Shown: positions 9,232 through 24,442 of the stretch, in pieces
Layout of the letters: every line of letters starts with the position of its first letter
Numbering within the stretch: position 1 is the stretch's first letter
Program-made: the position numbers and the translations under genes
The notes under the pieces: generated by a model
Databases searched by the model: none
Told to the model about the DNA's origin: nothing
Seen by the model: only the letters and a program-made list of their open reading frames with translations
Assembly: GCA_035628635.1 (NCBI GenBank)
Contig: DASPJJ010000033.1
Coordinates: 128,889 to 192,888, forward strand
DNA length: 64,000 bases
Source: Allosphingosinicella sp.
GTDB lineage: Bacteria; Pseudomonadota; Alphaproteobacteria; Sphingomonadales; Sphingomonadaceae
Direction of reading: 5' to 3'

Positions 9232-9996
9232 TTGGCGGAGCCGCGCCCCGCGACCCTGATCACCGGCGCCTCGGCGGGGCTCGGCGTCGAGTTTGCGAGG
9301 CAGTGCACGGCGCGCGGGGACGAAGTCGTGCTCGTCGCCCGCCGCCGCGACCGGCTCCAGGCGCTCGCCGTCGAGCTCGGGCCCAACGCCCACGTCGTCG
9401 AGGCGGATCTCAGCCAGCCGGGCAGCGGCACCCGGGTGGTCGCCGAAGCCGCGGCTCGCGGCCTCTGGGTGCGCGTCTTGATCAACAATGCCGGCTTCGG
9501 AGTCTCGGGCGCCTTCGCGGAGCTGCCGGCCGAACGGCAGCTCGAGACGATCGACCTCAACGTCCGCGCGCTGACCGAGCTCTGCGCCGCCGTCCTGCCC
9601 GAGATGCGCCGCAAGCGCGACGGCGCGATCCTGAACGTCGCCTCGACCGCCGCCTTCCAGGCCGGACCGTACATGGCCGTCTATTACGCATCGAAAGCCT
9701 ATGTCCTGTCGTTCACCGAAGCGCTCCACCAGGAGCTGAAAGGCAGCGGGGTCCGCGTCACCGCCCTCTGCCCCGGGCCGACGGCAACCGAGTTCTTCGA
9801 AGTGGCCGGCGCCCCCGACGGCCGCCTAGCGAAGATGGCGACGGACCCGGTCGCGGTCGTTCGCGCCGGGCTCGACGGCCTCGCGAAGGAAAAGGCGATC
9901 GTCGTGCCCGGCCTGATGAACAAGGTCGGCGCCCAGTCCAATCGCCTGCTTCCGCGCGCGGCGATGCGCCGCATCATCGCGCGCCTGAAAGGCTAG
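9232..9996 (+). CDS. Short-chain dehydrogenase/reductase
   Basis: TGASAGLG, NNAG, YYASK; TTG start inferred. Confidence 0.9.
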   Translation: MAEPRPATLITGASAGLGVEFARQCTARGDEVVLVARRRDRLQALAVELGPNAHVVEADLSQPGSGTRVVAEAAARGLWVRVLINNAGFGVSGAFAELPAERQLETIDLNVRALTELCAAVLPEMRRKRDGAILNVASTAAFQAGPYMAVYYASKAYVLSFTEALHQELKGSGVRVTALCPGPTATEFFEVAGAPDGRLAKMATDPVAVVRAGLDGLAKEKAIVVPGLMNKVGAQSNRLLPRAAMRRIIARLKG

Positions 9997-11525
9997 CGCG
10001 CCGTCTCCGGGGGAGCGCCCGCGCTCGCCGGGAACGGCAGCACCCGGCCATGACGCTGCGCCGCGGCGATCAGGACCGGATCGGCGCGGAGCGCCCGCCT
10101 CCGCTCCTGCATCGTTCGGCCGTGGTCGCTCTGCATCGGCGGCCCGGTCTGAGGCTGGATGAACTGGAGCACTTCGTCGCGGCTCCGCTCGTCGGCGAGG
10201 CCTTCGATCAGCGCCGTCCGCGCGGCCTCGTGCCGGCCGAAGCAGAGGTGGAGCTCGGCAATGTCGGTGAGGTCCCGCGCGGCCAGCACGAACGAGGCCG
10301 AATCGAGCGCTTCGCGGTCCCGCCCGGCATCCGCAAGGCCGCAGGCGCGGGCGAGATGCATCGACGCCAAGGCGGGCTCGGACACTTCGCCTCGGCGGCC
10401 GCGCGCGTCCGCAATGACGGCGTCGATCGCGGCGAGCCCTTCGCGTGTCCTTCCGCCTATGAGGAGCAGCCGGGCGCGGTTGCCCGCGATGTTCAGTGCG
10501 TTCGCGTCGATGCCGAGCGGCCAGGCGGCCGCCGCCCGGCCGAACAGCACGTCGATCTCCTGCCACCTGCCAAGCCGCGCCAGAGCGTCCGCGACGATCG
10601 GCGCCACCCAGACCAGTTCGTAATCGCGCTGCCGATCCAGCGGTCGGTCGAACAGCGGGAGGATTTCGCGAACCATGGTCTCGTAATGGTCCGCCTCGCG
10701 CAGCGCGGTCGCATAGCGACGCGCCGCCGCAGGATCTCCGCTGGCGCGGAAGCGCGCCTGAAGCTCGCGAAGGTAGAGGGGCCATTGCTTCTCCAGCCGG
10801 CTCCCCGCCCAGATTTCGATATCGGGCCAAATTGCGCGGTAGCGATCGACGATCAGCAGCGCCTGGATATGGCCGGGGACGATTAGCCGGGGAACCAGTC
10901 GACGGGCGCCCGCTACGTCGCCCGCCTCCACGCGGCTGCGTATCGCGTCGAGCGCGAGTAGCGAACGGAGGCGAAGATCCTCGCCTTGCCAGCCGATCGC
11001 GACCATCCGCTCCGCGAGGCGCCCGATGCGACGTGTGTCGTGGCGGTCGCCAAGCCGGCCGCGCAGGTTGAGAAGGTCTTGCGAGTCGTACTCCCGGACG
11101 ATCCCGGGATCGATGTGGCTCGCCCGGATGAGATAGTCGGCGGCAAGCTCCGGCCGGTCCGCATAGGCTTCCATGTCCGCCGCGAAAAGAAGCGGAGCGC
11201 TGTAGCGCTGGAGGAGGCGGATGCTCTCCTCTATCGCTTCACGCGCTTCGGATAGCCGTCGGTTATGCCGAAGATGGACCGCGCGCGCATACTGGACGAA
11301 GCCGCGCAACTCGGTCGGTTCCGGAAGCTGCGCGAGCATCGCGTCGAGACGCCCCAGGCGCTCGGATTCCGGACCGCCTCGATTGACCAGCATGTCGGTG
11401 AACTCGCGCAGCACCGGGGCGGGGCCCTGCAAGCGGGCGGGCGATGGCAGGAACTCCGCCGCGGCGGGTGCCGGCGGCAGGACCGCCCCCAGCGCGAGAG
11501 CGGCAATCGACAGTCGCAATCTCAA
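9993..11525 (-). CDS. Secreted TPR-like helical-repeat protein
   Basis: GGAGG SD before TTG 11525; signal peptide; Ala/Leu/Arg-rich helical repeats. Confidence 0.65.
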   Translation of the reverse strand: MRLRLSIAALALGAVLPPAPAAAEFLPSPARLQGPAPVLREFTDMLVNRGGPESERLGRLDAMLAQLPEPTELRGFVQYARAVHLRHNRRLSEAREAIEESIRLLQRYSAPLLFAADMEAYADRPELAADYLIRASHIDPGIVREYDSQDLLNLRGRLGDRHDTRRIGRLAERMVAIGWQGEDLRLRSLLALDAIRSRVEAGDVAGARRLVPRLIVPGHIQALLIVDRYRAIWPDIEIWAGSRLEKQWPLYLRELQARFRASGDPAAARRYATALREADHYETMVREILPLFDRPLDRQRDYELVWVAPIVADALARLGRWQEIDVLFGRAAAAWPLGIDANALNIAGNRARLLLIGGRTREGLAAIDAVIADARGRRGEVSEPALASMHLARACGLADAGRDREALDSASFVLAARDLTDIAELHLCFGRHEAARTALIEGLADERSRDEVLQFIQPQTGPPMQSDHGRTMQERRRALRADPVLIAAAQRHGRVLPFPASAGAPPETAR

Positions 11526-11598
11526 AGGCTTGCTTCCTCCTGTCCAGGCCGTGGAGCAAAGCCCGCGGGCGCCCGAAACGCAAGCCCCGTGCAGCCGC

Positions 11599-12483
11599 CT
11601 AAGCGGGCAACGCCTCGCCGAACAGCCAGTCGTGGAAGATCCGCACGGGACGGCGCGAGAGGGCCGAGCGGCGGCAGGCAAACCAGTAGCTGTAGGGGGT
11701 CTCGGCCTTGGTCTCGAACAGCTGGACCAGGCGCTCATTATGGCTTCCCGCGAGGTGACTTTCGAGCATGATCGCGACGCCGAGGCCCTGTGCGGCCGCA
11801 TCGAGAATGAGCTGGCCCGAATCGAACATGTCGATCGCCGCCGGCTCGAGATCGGGCACCCCGGCGGCCTCGCGCCAATAGTCGAACGCCCGGTCGAGGT
11901 CGCGATGGACGAGGATGGTGGCGCCGGCGAGGTCCCGCGGCCGCTTCAGCGCCGCGGGCCCGTCGCGCAATTCGCGCGAGGCGATCGCGATCACGCAATT
12001 ATTGTCGATGCGGCGCGCGTAGAGCGACGGATCGACGTCGGTCGTGATCGCGATCGCTGCGTCGAGGCCCTCGTCCAGGCGGGCCAGCCGGTTCGCGCCC
12101 GTGTCCAGGTCGATGTGAAGCTCGGGATGCAACTCGCGCAGGCGGGGCAGCGCCGGCATCAACCGTTGCGCGGCGAAGAGGGACGGGACGGCGAGCCTCA
12201 GGCGCATCATCTCGGGGCTCCCCGACGCCCGTTCCATCGCCGCTGCCAGCGCGTCGATCGACGGACCGATCTCGGCGAGCAGCCGCTCGCCGTCCGGGTT
12301 GACCGCGATATTCTGATGGCCGCGGTCGAATAGCGGCCGTCCGACCGCCCGCTCGAGCGCCTGGATGCGCCGGGTGAGCGCCGGCGAGGACAGAGAGAGC
12401 GCCTCGGCCGCGGCCTTGACCGAACCCAGCCGCGCCGTCTGCACGAACGCCTCCATCCCGGTCAGCGGCGGCAATCGCTTCAT
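11599..12483 (-). CDS. LysR-type regulator (GcvA-like; SuhR-like context)
   Basis: MKRLPPLTGMEAF...AAAEALSLSSPALTRRIQALE HTH. Confidence 0.92.
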   Translation of the reverse strand: MKRLPPLTGMEAFVQTARLGSVKAAAEALSLSSPALTRRIQALERAVGRPLFDRGHQNIAVNPDGERLLAEIGPSIDALAAAMERASGSPEMMRLRLAVPSLFAAQRLMPALPRLRELHPELHIDLDTGANRLARLDEGLDAAIAITTDVDPSLYARRIDNNCVIAIASRELRDGPAALKRPRDLAGATILVHRDLDRAFDYWREAAGVPDLEPAAIDMFDSGQLILDAAAQGLGVAIMLESHLAGSHNERLVQLFETKAETPYSYWFACRRSALSRRPVRIFHDWLFGEALPA

Positions 12484-12554
12484 CTGGCCTCTCTTGTGCA
12501 CTGCAATAGCGCGCGCTGCGCCGCAGAAACGAGACGAATTCGCCCTGCGGCGCA

Positions 12555-12567
12555 TGCAACAACTGCA
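12555..12567. promoter_or_regulatory. LysR-type T-N11-A box
   Basis: TGCAACAACTGCA dyad in the divergent promoter region. Confidence 0.55.
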
Positions 12568-12623
12568 CTCTTACGGTATTTCTTCGCACTTGCAACATTA
12601 CCGCCCTACGGCGCACAACGATC

Positions 12624-12687
12624 CCGCCTTTCAGGCATCCTCTCCTAAAAACTTTAGGGCCGGTCCCCCCAGACCGGCCCTTTTTTT
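12624..12687 (+). ncRNA. Probable small RNA, SuhB/MmgR-like
   Basis: TTGCAA -35-like at 12590; 5' hairpin GCCT-TTC-AGGC; anti-SD-like TCCTCTCCT; terminator GGGCCGGTC/GACCGGCCC plus T7; divergent from a LysR gene; 5' end approximate. Confidence 0.65.
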
Positions 12688-12761
12688 GCCCCCCGCCGGA
12701 CCTTCGGCGTTGGACCCGCCGTTACCCGTTCCTATCTCAGCCGCGCGAGCGAGGAGGCGAA

Positions 12762-15065
<2,304 letters not shown>

Positions 15066-16482
15066 ACCTGAGCCAGGTCCACAGCGCCAGCGCGACCATG
15101 AAGACGGCGGTGAGCAGGAACGGCAGCGGCATCGACAGGGTGTAGAGCCAGACGCCGATCGCCGGCCCTGCGATGAACGCCACGCCGTTGACCGAGGTCA
15201 CCATCCCGGCGACCGCATTCTGCTCTTCCTCCGGCACGGCGAGCGACGCGCCGCTGGTGAAGCCCGGCCGGAACAGGGAATAGCCAAGCGACGCAAGCGC
15301 GAACGCCATCGTGATGCCGTAGGTGCCCTGCGCCAGTCCGGTTAGCCCGGTGCCCACAGCGGCGATCAGGGCGCCCCAGGCGACGAGCTGGCGCGGCGGC
15401 AGGCCGAGCAGGGGGATCAGCCACCATTGCGCGAGCAGGCTGGCGGCCGCGCCCGCCATCAGCACGATCGCGATGGCGTGCTGCGCGGCTTCCGCGGGCA
15501 GCTCGAGCCGGTCGATGATCAGGAAGCCGATCACGCCGAGCAGCACGGCCTGGCCGTGGCCGCCGACGATGCCGATCATGTGCCATGCGAACACCCGCTT
15601 GTCCCGCCATCTCAGCCGCGTGGTCCCGCTCCCGGCGCGCGGCGCGCTCGCCGCCGCGCCGCCGATCGCGGTATAATCGACCACCTCTCCCTTCGCCTCT
15701 GTGCGGGGGGTGTCGTCGGGCAGGCGCAGCGCCAGAGCGGCGAGCACCGCCATCCCGATCAGCGCGAACGCGACCAAGGGCCCGGCGAGGCCCAGCGGCG
15801 GGAAGATGAACAAAGGCGCGATCGCCGGCCCGATGATCGTCCCGAGCCCGAAGGACGAAGCCAGCGCCGCCATCGCATTGGTGCGCTGCTCGCCTTCGGT
15901 GCGCGCCGCGATATAGGCCTGGACCGCGGGCGGCGAGGCCGATCCCCAGCCCCCGTAGAGGGTCCGCCCGACGGTGAAGAGCAGGAAGGCGATCCCGGCG
16001 GGCACCAGTCCGGCGAGTCCCGCCCCGAGCGCGGCGCCGCAGATCAGCATCGAGAGGATGAAGCCGTAGAGGCCGAGCCGCATCAGCGCGCGCCGCCCGC
16101 GCCGGTCCGCGCGCCGCGCCCAGTAGGGCGCCGTCGCCACCCAGAGCGCCGCCGACAGGCTGAACGCGACCGCCACCCAGATGTCCGGCACGCCGAGCCG
16201 CCGCCCGATCGCCGGCAGCAGCGACTGCATCGCCGTATTGCCCGAGGCGGCGACCAGCATCACCGCGAACAGCAGCAGGAATCGCCCCTTCGGAATCCCA
16301 TATTCTGCCACGCGTCCAGTCGCCTCTTTCCGTCGCCGCCGCACCCGGAGCCTTTTCGGTGCGCCGGCCGTTCTACGTCCCGAACCGAGCAATCGAGGCG
16401 ACCGCGCCGCAAACCCGCCCTTGCCATCGCAGCGGCGATTTGCCAACGCACCGGCTGCCTCCAGACATTGACGAGACCGGCC

Positions 16483-17097
16483 ATGTCAGCATCCAACCAG
16501 GCGCGCAGCGATCGCGGCGCCAATCGCGGGCCGAGCGGCGGGCCGTTCATGATGTTCCTCCGCGGGTTCATCAAGCATCCGGTCATGGTCGGCTCGGTGA
16601 TCCCGTCGTCCAAGGCGCTGATCGACAAGATGCTGAGCAAGGTCGATTGGGACGAATGCCGGCTGTTCGTCGAATACGGCCCCGGCGTCGGCACCTTCAC
16701 CGAGCACATCCTGCAGCGCATGGCGCCGGACGCGACCCTGATCGCGATCGACACCAACCCCGATTTCACCGAATATCTGAACCGCAAGTTCCGCGACAGC
16801 CGCCTGATCGCGGTGACCGGCTCGGCCGCCGACACCCGCAAGATCATGGCGGAAGCGGGCTTCGAGGAGGCGGACTACGTCCTCTCGGGCCTGCCCTTCT
16901 CGACCCTGCCGCCGGGCATCGGCCCGAAGATCGCCGCCGAGACCCATGCGGCCCTGCGCAAGGGGGGCTGCTTCCTCGTCTACCAATTCTCGCCGAAGGT
17001 CCGCGACTTCATCGCCCCGCATTTCAAGCGGATCGACCGCGGCATGGAATGGATCAACGTCCCCCCCGCCCAGCTCTTCTGGGCCTGGAAGGAGTGA
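16483..17097 (+). CDS. pmtA: Phospholipid N-methyltransferase (PmtA-like)
   Basis: VGSVIPSS, VEYGPGVGTFT, SGLPF, NVPPA. Confidence 0.8.
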   Translation: MSASNQARSDRGANRGPSGGPFMMFLRGFIKHPVMVGSVIPSSKALIDKMLSKVDWDECRLFVEYGPGVGTFTEHILQRMAPDATLIAIDTNPDFTEYLNRKFRDSRLIAVTGSAADTRKIMAEAGFEEADYVLSGLPFSTLPPGIGPKIAAETHAALRKGGCFLVYQFSPKVRDFIAPHFKRIDRGMEWINVPPAQLFWAWKE

Positions 17098-17123
17098 CGG
17101 TCAGGTCGCGCGCCGCGCGGCCC

Positions 17124-17236
17124 TCCGCTCATCCTGAGGAGCCGCTGAGCGAAGTCGAAGCGGCGTCTCGAAGGACGCACCAAGGTCCTTCGAGACGGGC
17201 CTTCGCCAGGCTCAGTCCCTCCTCAGGATGAGCGGA
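17124..17236. repeat. Palindromic REP/RIME-like element related to family C
   Basis: TCCGCTCATCCTGAGGAG / CTCCTCAGGATGAGCGGA termini; inner GTCTCGAAGGAC/GTCCTTCGAGAC; between convergent genes. Confidence 0.85.
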
Positions 17237-17241
17237 TCGCC

Positions 17242-18411
17242 TCAGTGGAGCCGCTTGCGGCTTCCCAGGTTCAGCCGCCGCGCCAGATTATAGTCCGCGG
17301 TCACCATCACGAAATAGCCGAAGGCCCAGCGCAGCCGGTTGAGCCAGGTCATGCTCGCGCGGTGCTCGTCGAGATGGATGCGGCGGCTGTCGCCGATCTC
17401 CCGCTCGATGAACGCCCGCATCGTGGCGGCGAAGGCGGCATCGTCGACGCGGAGCATCATCTCGAGGTTGAGATAGAGGCTCCTCATGTCGAAATTGGCC
17501 GATCCGATATGGACCGCGTCGTCGATCACGATCAGCTTGGTGTGGAGCTTGGTCGGCTGATATTCGTAGACCTCGACATTGTGCTTGAGGAGCCGCCAGT
17601 AGGAGAAGCGCGCCGCCCACATGGTCGACTTGATGTCCGACTTGCCCGCCGTCACCATCCGGACCCGTCCCCGCTCGGCGACCGCGTAGATCCGGCGCAG
17701 CATCGACAGGCTCGGTACGAAATAGGCGATCAGGAAATCGACCGCGCGGGCGCCCCGCAGATCCTCCTTGACCGCGCGCGCCCATGGGCTGAGCCGCCGC
17801 GTCGGCCCGCCGAACAGCCAGCTGATCGCCCCGTCCTTGACGGTGTGCCGGCTGAGCATCCGCCGCAATTTGCGGATCGAGCCCTCGTCCGCCTCCGCCC
17901 AGGCGTAGAGATCGTCGAAATAGGCGACCATGCCCACGACGCTCGGCCCTTCGACCAGCACGCCGAGATCGCGCCACGCGCCGCTCTCCACGGTTCCGAA
18001 ATATTCGTCGCCGATGTTGAAGCCGCCGACGATCGCCCTCTTGCCGTCGGCGAGCGCGAGCTTCTGGTGGTTCCTGAGCAGATAGCGCCGCCCCCAGCGC
18101 GGGACGAAGCGGCAGAAGCGCGCCTGCGCATCGACCAGCGGCTTGAAGAACCCTGTCGTCGCGCCCGACGAGCCGAAGCCGTCGAGCAGCATCGACACCT
18201 GCACGCCGCGCTCGGCGGCGGCCACCAATGCGTCGCGCACCCGCTGGCCGGTCTCGTCGTTGAGCCAGATATAATAAAGGATCCTGAGCGATTCCGTGGC
18301 GCCGTCGATGAGGCCGATCAGGGCCTCGAGCCGCTCGGGCCCGTCGCAATGCACCGTCAGGCGGTTGCCGCCGACCCGGTGCGGCGGGATGCGTTCGTCC
18401 TCCCTGCTCAT
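17242..18411 (-). CDS. Phospholipase D family / cardiolipin synthase-like
   Basis: Two HKD motifs (HQKLALAD, HTKLIVID), GGFN, GSANFD. Confidence 0.9.
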   Translation of the reverse strand: MSREDERIPPHRVGGNRLTVHCDGPERLEALIGLIDGATESLRILYYIWLNDETGQRVRDALVAAAERGVQVSMLLDGFGSSGATTGFFKPLVDAQARFCRFVPRWGRRYLLRNHQKLALADGKRAIVGGFNIGDEYFGTVESGAWRDLGVLVEGPSVVGMVAYFDDLYAWAEADEGSIRKLRRMLSRHTVKDGAISWLFGGPTRRLSPWARAVKEDLRGARAVDFLIAYFVPSLSMLRRIYAVAERGRVRMVTAGKSDIKSTMWAARFSYWRLLKHNVEVYEYQPTKLHTKLIVIDDAVHIGSANFDMRSLYLNLEMMLRVDDAAFAATMRAFIEREIGDSRRIHLDEHRASMTWLNRLRWAFGYFVMVTADYNLARRLNLGSRKRLH

Positions 18412-18470
18412 TGCCTGCGGGCGTAGCGGCCCGCGGCAGGCGTGGAAAGTGCGGGCCGTTGCGCTAGACG

Positions 18471-19649
18471 GTGCGCGTGCACGTCGCCCGCCTCTCGCTG
18501 ACCGACTTCCGCTCCTATTCCGACGCGCTCGTCGAGCCGGGGCCGGGTCTCGTCATCCTCACCGGCGAGAACGGCGCGGGAAAGACCAACATGCTCGAAG
18601 CCGTCTCCCTGCTCGCGCCGGGGCGCGGGCTGAGAGGCGCGGCGCTGTCGGAGATGGCGTGGCAAGGCGGCTCTGGAGGCTTCGCCGTCGCGGCGCGGCT
18701 AGCCCCTCCCCTCGAGGGGGAGGGGTTGGGGAGGGGTGGAGTCTCCGGAGGTGCACCGCCCTACGAACGAGGCCACCCCCACCCAAACCCTCCCCCCTCA
18801 AGGGGGAGGGCTTCAGAGATCGACATCGGCACGGGCGTCTCCGCGTCCGCGCCCGAACGCCGCCAGGTCCGGATCAACGGCGCCCCCGCCTCCGCCTCCT
18901 CCCTCGCCGAATGGCTCTCGATCCTCTGGCTCACGCCCGCCATGGACCGCCTCTTTCTCGAAGGCGCCGGCGGCCGCCGCCGCTTCCTCGACCGGCTCGT
19001 CCTCGCTCTGTATCCGGCCCACGCCGTCCACTCCGCGCGCTACGAAGCCGCGATGCGGGCGCGCAACCGCCTGCTCGCGGAGGAGCGCTGGGACGAGGCG
19101 TGGCTCGACGCGCTCGAAGCTCAGATGGAAGAGCATGGCCTCGCCGCGAGCAGGGCACGCCTGGAGACGATCAAGGAGGTCACCAAGGCGCTTTGGGCCC
19201 GCGACACAGACAGCTTTCCGAAGGCGCGCCTGTACCTCGAGAACATCACGCCGAGAGCGCTGCAGACCCGGCTGCGCGCCAGCCGCAAGGTTCATGCGGC
19301 CGCGCGGCGGTCGACGCATGGCCCCAACAACGAGGACCTCTCGGTGCTGTTCGGGGAAGAGCGCGTGCCCGCATCGCGCTGCTCGACCGGCGAGCAGAAG
19401 GCGCTGCTTCTCTCGATCGTCCTCGCCCATGCCGATCTCGTCGCCGAACGCGCCGGCCGCCGCCCGATCCTGCTGCTCGACGAAGTGGCCGCGCATCTCG
19501 ACCCCCGCCGCCGCGCGGCCTTGCTCGATCGCCTGGAGGCCGGAGGCGGACAGGTCTGGATGACCGGGACCGAAACCGCCTTGTTCGAAACGGCCGGTGC
19601 CGGGGCCAGCCGCTTCGAGATCGCGGCCAGCGGGGTCAGGCGCCTCTGA
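18471..19649 (+). CDS. recF: DNA replication/repair protein RecF with an in-frame repeat insertion
   Basis: [37 protein letters not shown]; upstream of gyrB. Confidence 0.92.
   Translation: MRVHVARLSLTDFRSYSDALVEPGPGLVILTGENGAGKTNMLEAVSLLAPGRGLRGAALSEMAWQGGSGGFAVAARLAPPLEGEGLGRGGVSGGAPPYERGHPHPNPPPSRGRASEIDIGTGVSASAPERRQVRINGAPASASSLAEWLSILWLTPAMDRLFLEGAGGRRRFLDRLVLALYPAHAVHSARYEAAMRARNRLLAEERWDEAWLDALEAQMEEHGLAASRARLETIKEVTKALWARDTDSFPKARLYLENITPRALQTRLRASRKVHAAARRSTHGPNNEDLSVLFGEERVPASRCSTGEQKALLLSIVLAHADLVAERAGRRPILLLDEVAAHLDPRRRAALLDRLEAGGGQVWMTGTETALFETAGAGASRFEIAASGVRRL
18701..18812. repeat. Family A palindromic element inside recF
   Basis: AGCCCCTCCCCTCGAGGGGGAGGGG...CCCTCCCCCCTCAAGGGGGAGGGCT, same architecture as the intergenic copies. 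Confidence 0.9.
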
Positions 19650-19684
19650 CTTGACCCCGTGCGTCAGGTCATGTAGAAACCAAC

Positions 19685-19820
19685 ATGGTTTCTCAACATT
19701 CGTGGAAGTTGACGGTTAGGAGGCAACCCGCCTTCTGGCCCGCAGAAGTGACAGTCTTGACACAATGCGCCAGCGAGCGCGTCATTCGTGTCAAAACTGC
19801 GGGCCTCGCGAGCCCTTTTT
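19685..19820 (+). ncRNA. Candidate structured RNA or leader between recF and gyrB
   Basis: TTGACC-17-TAGAAA promoter-like pair (19651-19679), several nested helices, T-run at 19816-19820. Confidence 0.45.
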
Positions 19821-19827
19821 CCTTTAG

Positions 19828-22377
<2,550 letters not shown>

Positions 22378-22389
22378 GCGCTCGGGCGG

Positions 22390-23070
22390 TTGGTCCCCCG
22401 CGAGCTCCTCGATACGGCGGCGCTGCCGGGCGGCGGCACCCTCCGCCTGCTCCGCCGGGGTGAGGAATATTCGATCATGCTCGGCGCCAACGAGCTGATG
22501 AACAGCCGCAAGAGCGGATCCGAGCAGGCGCTCGCCGAGCTCGCCGCCGCGCGGCTCTCCGCCCGGCGCGAGCCGCAGGTGCTGATCGGCGGCCTCGGCA
22601 TGGGCTTCACCCTGCGGGCGGCGCTGGCGCGCTTCGGCCGCGATGCCGGGATCGTCGTCGCAGAGATCGTCCCCGCGGTGATCGCATGGGCGAAGGGGCC
22701 GCTCGCCGGAGTCTTCGGGGGCAGCCTCGCCGATCCGCGCGTCCGGATCGAAGAGGGCGACGTGGCTTCGCTGATCCGCCCGGGCGCCGGGTGGGACGCG
22801 ATCCTGCTCGACGTCGACAACGGCCCCGACGGAATCACCCGGGAGAGCAACGACCGCCTCTATAGCCGGGCCGGCCTCGCCGCAACGCGCGCCGCGCTGC
22901 GCCCGGGCGGAATCCTCGCAATCTGGTCGGCCGCGCCCAGCTCCGCCTTCACGGCCCGCCTCCGCGATGCCGGCTTCGCGGTGGAGGAGCATGTCGCCCG
23001 CGCCGCACGCGGCCGCGGTCGCCGCGACGTCGTCTGGGTCGCGGCCCTGTCGCCGGCGCGCACGCGGTGA
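22390..23070 (+). CDS. Spermidine synthase-like SAM methyltransferase
   Basis: LIGGLGMGFT, ILLDVDNGP. Confidence 0.8.
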   Translation: MVPRELLDTAALPGGGTLRLLRRGEEYSIMLGANELMNSRKSGSEQALAELAAARLSARREPQVLIGGLGMGFTLRAALARFGRDAGIVVAEIVPAVIAWAKGPLAGVFGGSLADPRVRIEEGDVASLIRPGAGWDAILLDVDNGPDGITRESNDRLYSRAGLAATRAALRPGGILAIWSAAPSSAFTARLRDAGFAVEEHVARAARGRGRRDVVWVAALSPARTR

Positions 23071-23090
23071 TAATGTCGCGGGAGATGAAC

Positions 23091-24038
23091 ATGCGCCCGA
23101 TCATTATCGCTTCGGCCCTCGCGGCGCTCGTTCCGGGCGCGGCGCCGGCCGCTGCCGCCCAGCCGAACGACGAGCTGACCGTCTCGCAGCGGACAGGGTC
23201 GATCCGGCCGCCCGAGCGGAGTCTCGAGCAGCTCCGGCGAGAGGCCGAGGCCGGCGACGGCGAAGCCCAGAACGATCTCGGCACGAGGCTGCTCGATATG
23301 CGCGATCCCGCCCGGCAGGCGGAGGCGCGACGCTGGTTCCAGCGGGCGTCGGATTCCGGAAACGCCGAAGCCAGAAACAATCTCGCGACCATGTTGATGT
23401 TCGGGATCGGTGGTCCCGCCGACGAAGCGGGCGGCCGCCGGCTGATGGAGGAAGCGGCGCAGATGGGATCGATCGGCGCGCGCCTTTCGCTGGCCGAGCG
23501 CTACCTGCAGGGCGGGGACGGCTATCCGCGCGACCATGGCCGCGCGTACGAGCAGATCCGGGCCGCCGCGGGATCGAGCGGGCCGGCGCGCCTCTACGCG
23601 CAGTGGCGCCTCGCGATGATGCATCTCCAGGGCGTGGGCACGCCGCGCGATCCGCAGGAAGCTTACCGCCTTCTCGTCTCGGCGTCGGAGGCAGGCGGCG
23701 TGGAAGCGATGATCAGCCGGGCGGTGATGCTCGCCACCGGCGAAGGCGTCGCCGAGGACGACGGCGCCGCGCGGCGATGGTACCAGCGCGCCGCCGAGTC
23801 TGGAGAGCGCGGTTTCGAGCATGCGCTGCGAGGCCTTGGGTCGATGCTGGCGGCCGGCGAAGGCGGCCCCGTCGACCTGCCTCGCGGCATCGCCTATCTG
23901 CGCATCGCCCAGGCCGCGGGCGACGAGAATGCCGCGGCCATCCTGCAAGCCTTCTCGGATCGGATCACCCCGGAAATCGACGAGCAGGCGCGCCGCATCG
24001 CCGGCGAATGGATGCGCAGGCACCTCCCCACGGAGTAG
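23091..24038 (+). CDS. Secreted Sel1-repeat protein
   Basis: Signal peptide; AQNDLG...ARRWFQRA and similar repeats. Confidence 0.88.
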   Translation: MRPIIIASALAALVPGAAPAAAAQPNDELTVSQRTGSIRPPERSLEQLRREAEAGDGEAQNDLGTRLLDMRDPARQAEARRWFQRASDSGNAEARNNLATMLMFGIGGPADEAGGRRLMEEAAQMGSIGARLSLAERYLQGGDGYPRDHGRAYEQIRAAAGSSGPARLYAQWRLAMMHLQGVGTPRDPQEAYRLLVSASEAGGVEAMISRAVMLATGEGVAEDDGAARRWYQRAAESGERGFEHALRGLGSMLAAGEGGPVDLPRGIAYLRIAQAAGDENAAAILQAFSDRITPEIDEQARRIAGEWMRRHLPTE

Positions 24039-24040
24039 AG

Positions 24041-24442
24041 ATGCGGCACGAGGGGGCCTGCCATTGCGGAGCGATCCGCATCCGCTTCGAAAGCAACCGC
24101 CCGCTCGCGCCGCGAGCCTGCTCCTGCTCCTTCTGCCGCAAGCATGGCGCCCGCACGGTGAGCGATCCCCAGGGCGCGGCCACGCTCGAATGCGCGCTCC
24201 CGCCGCTCCTCTACCGCTTCGCCTCGCGTGCCGCTGACTATGTCCTGTGCCCGCGCTGCGGAGTCTATGTCGGCGCCGTCTCCGGCCCGCCGGACGCGCG
24301 GATCGCGACCCTCAATCTCAATGCGTTCTACGATCCGCATCTGGAGATCGAGGCCACGCCTGTCAGCTATGACGGCGAGGCCGCCGAGGAGAAAGCGGAG
24401 CGGCGCCGGCTGCGCTGGACGCCGCTGCGCGAGACGCGCTAG
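24041..24442 (+). CDS. GFA family protein
   Basis: HEGACHCG, CSCSFCRKH, CPRCG. Confidence 0.88.
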   Translation: MRHEGACHCGAIRIRFESNRPLAPRACSCSFCRKHGARTVSDPQGAATLECALPPLLYRFASRAADYVLCPRCGVYVGAVSGPPDARIATLNLNAFYDPHLEIEATPVSYDGEAAEEKAERRRLRWTPLRETR

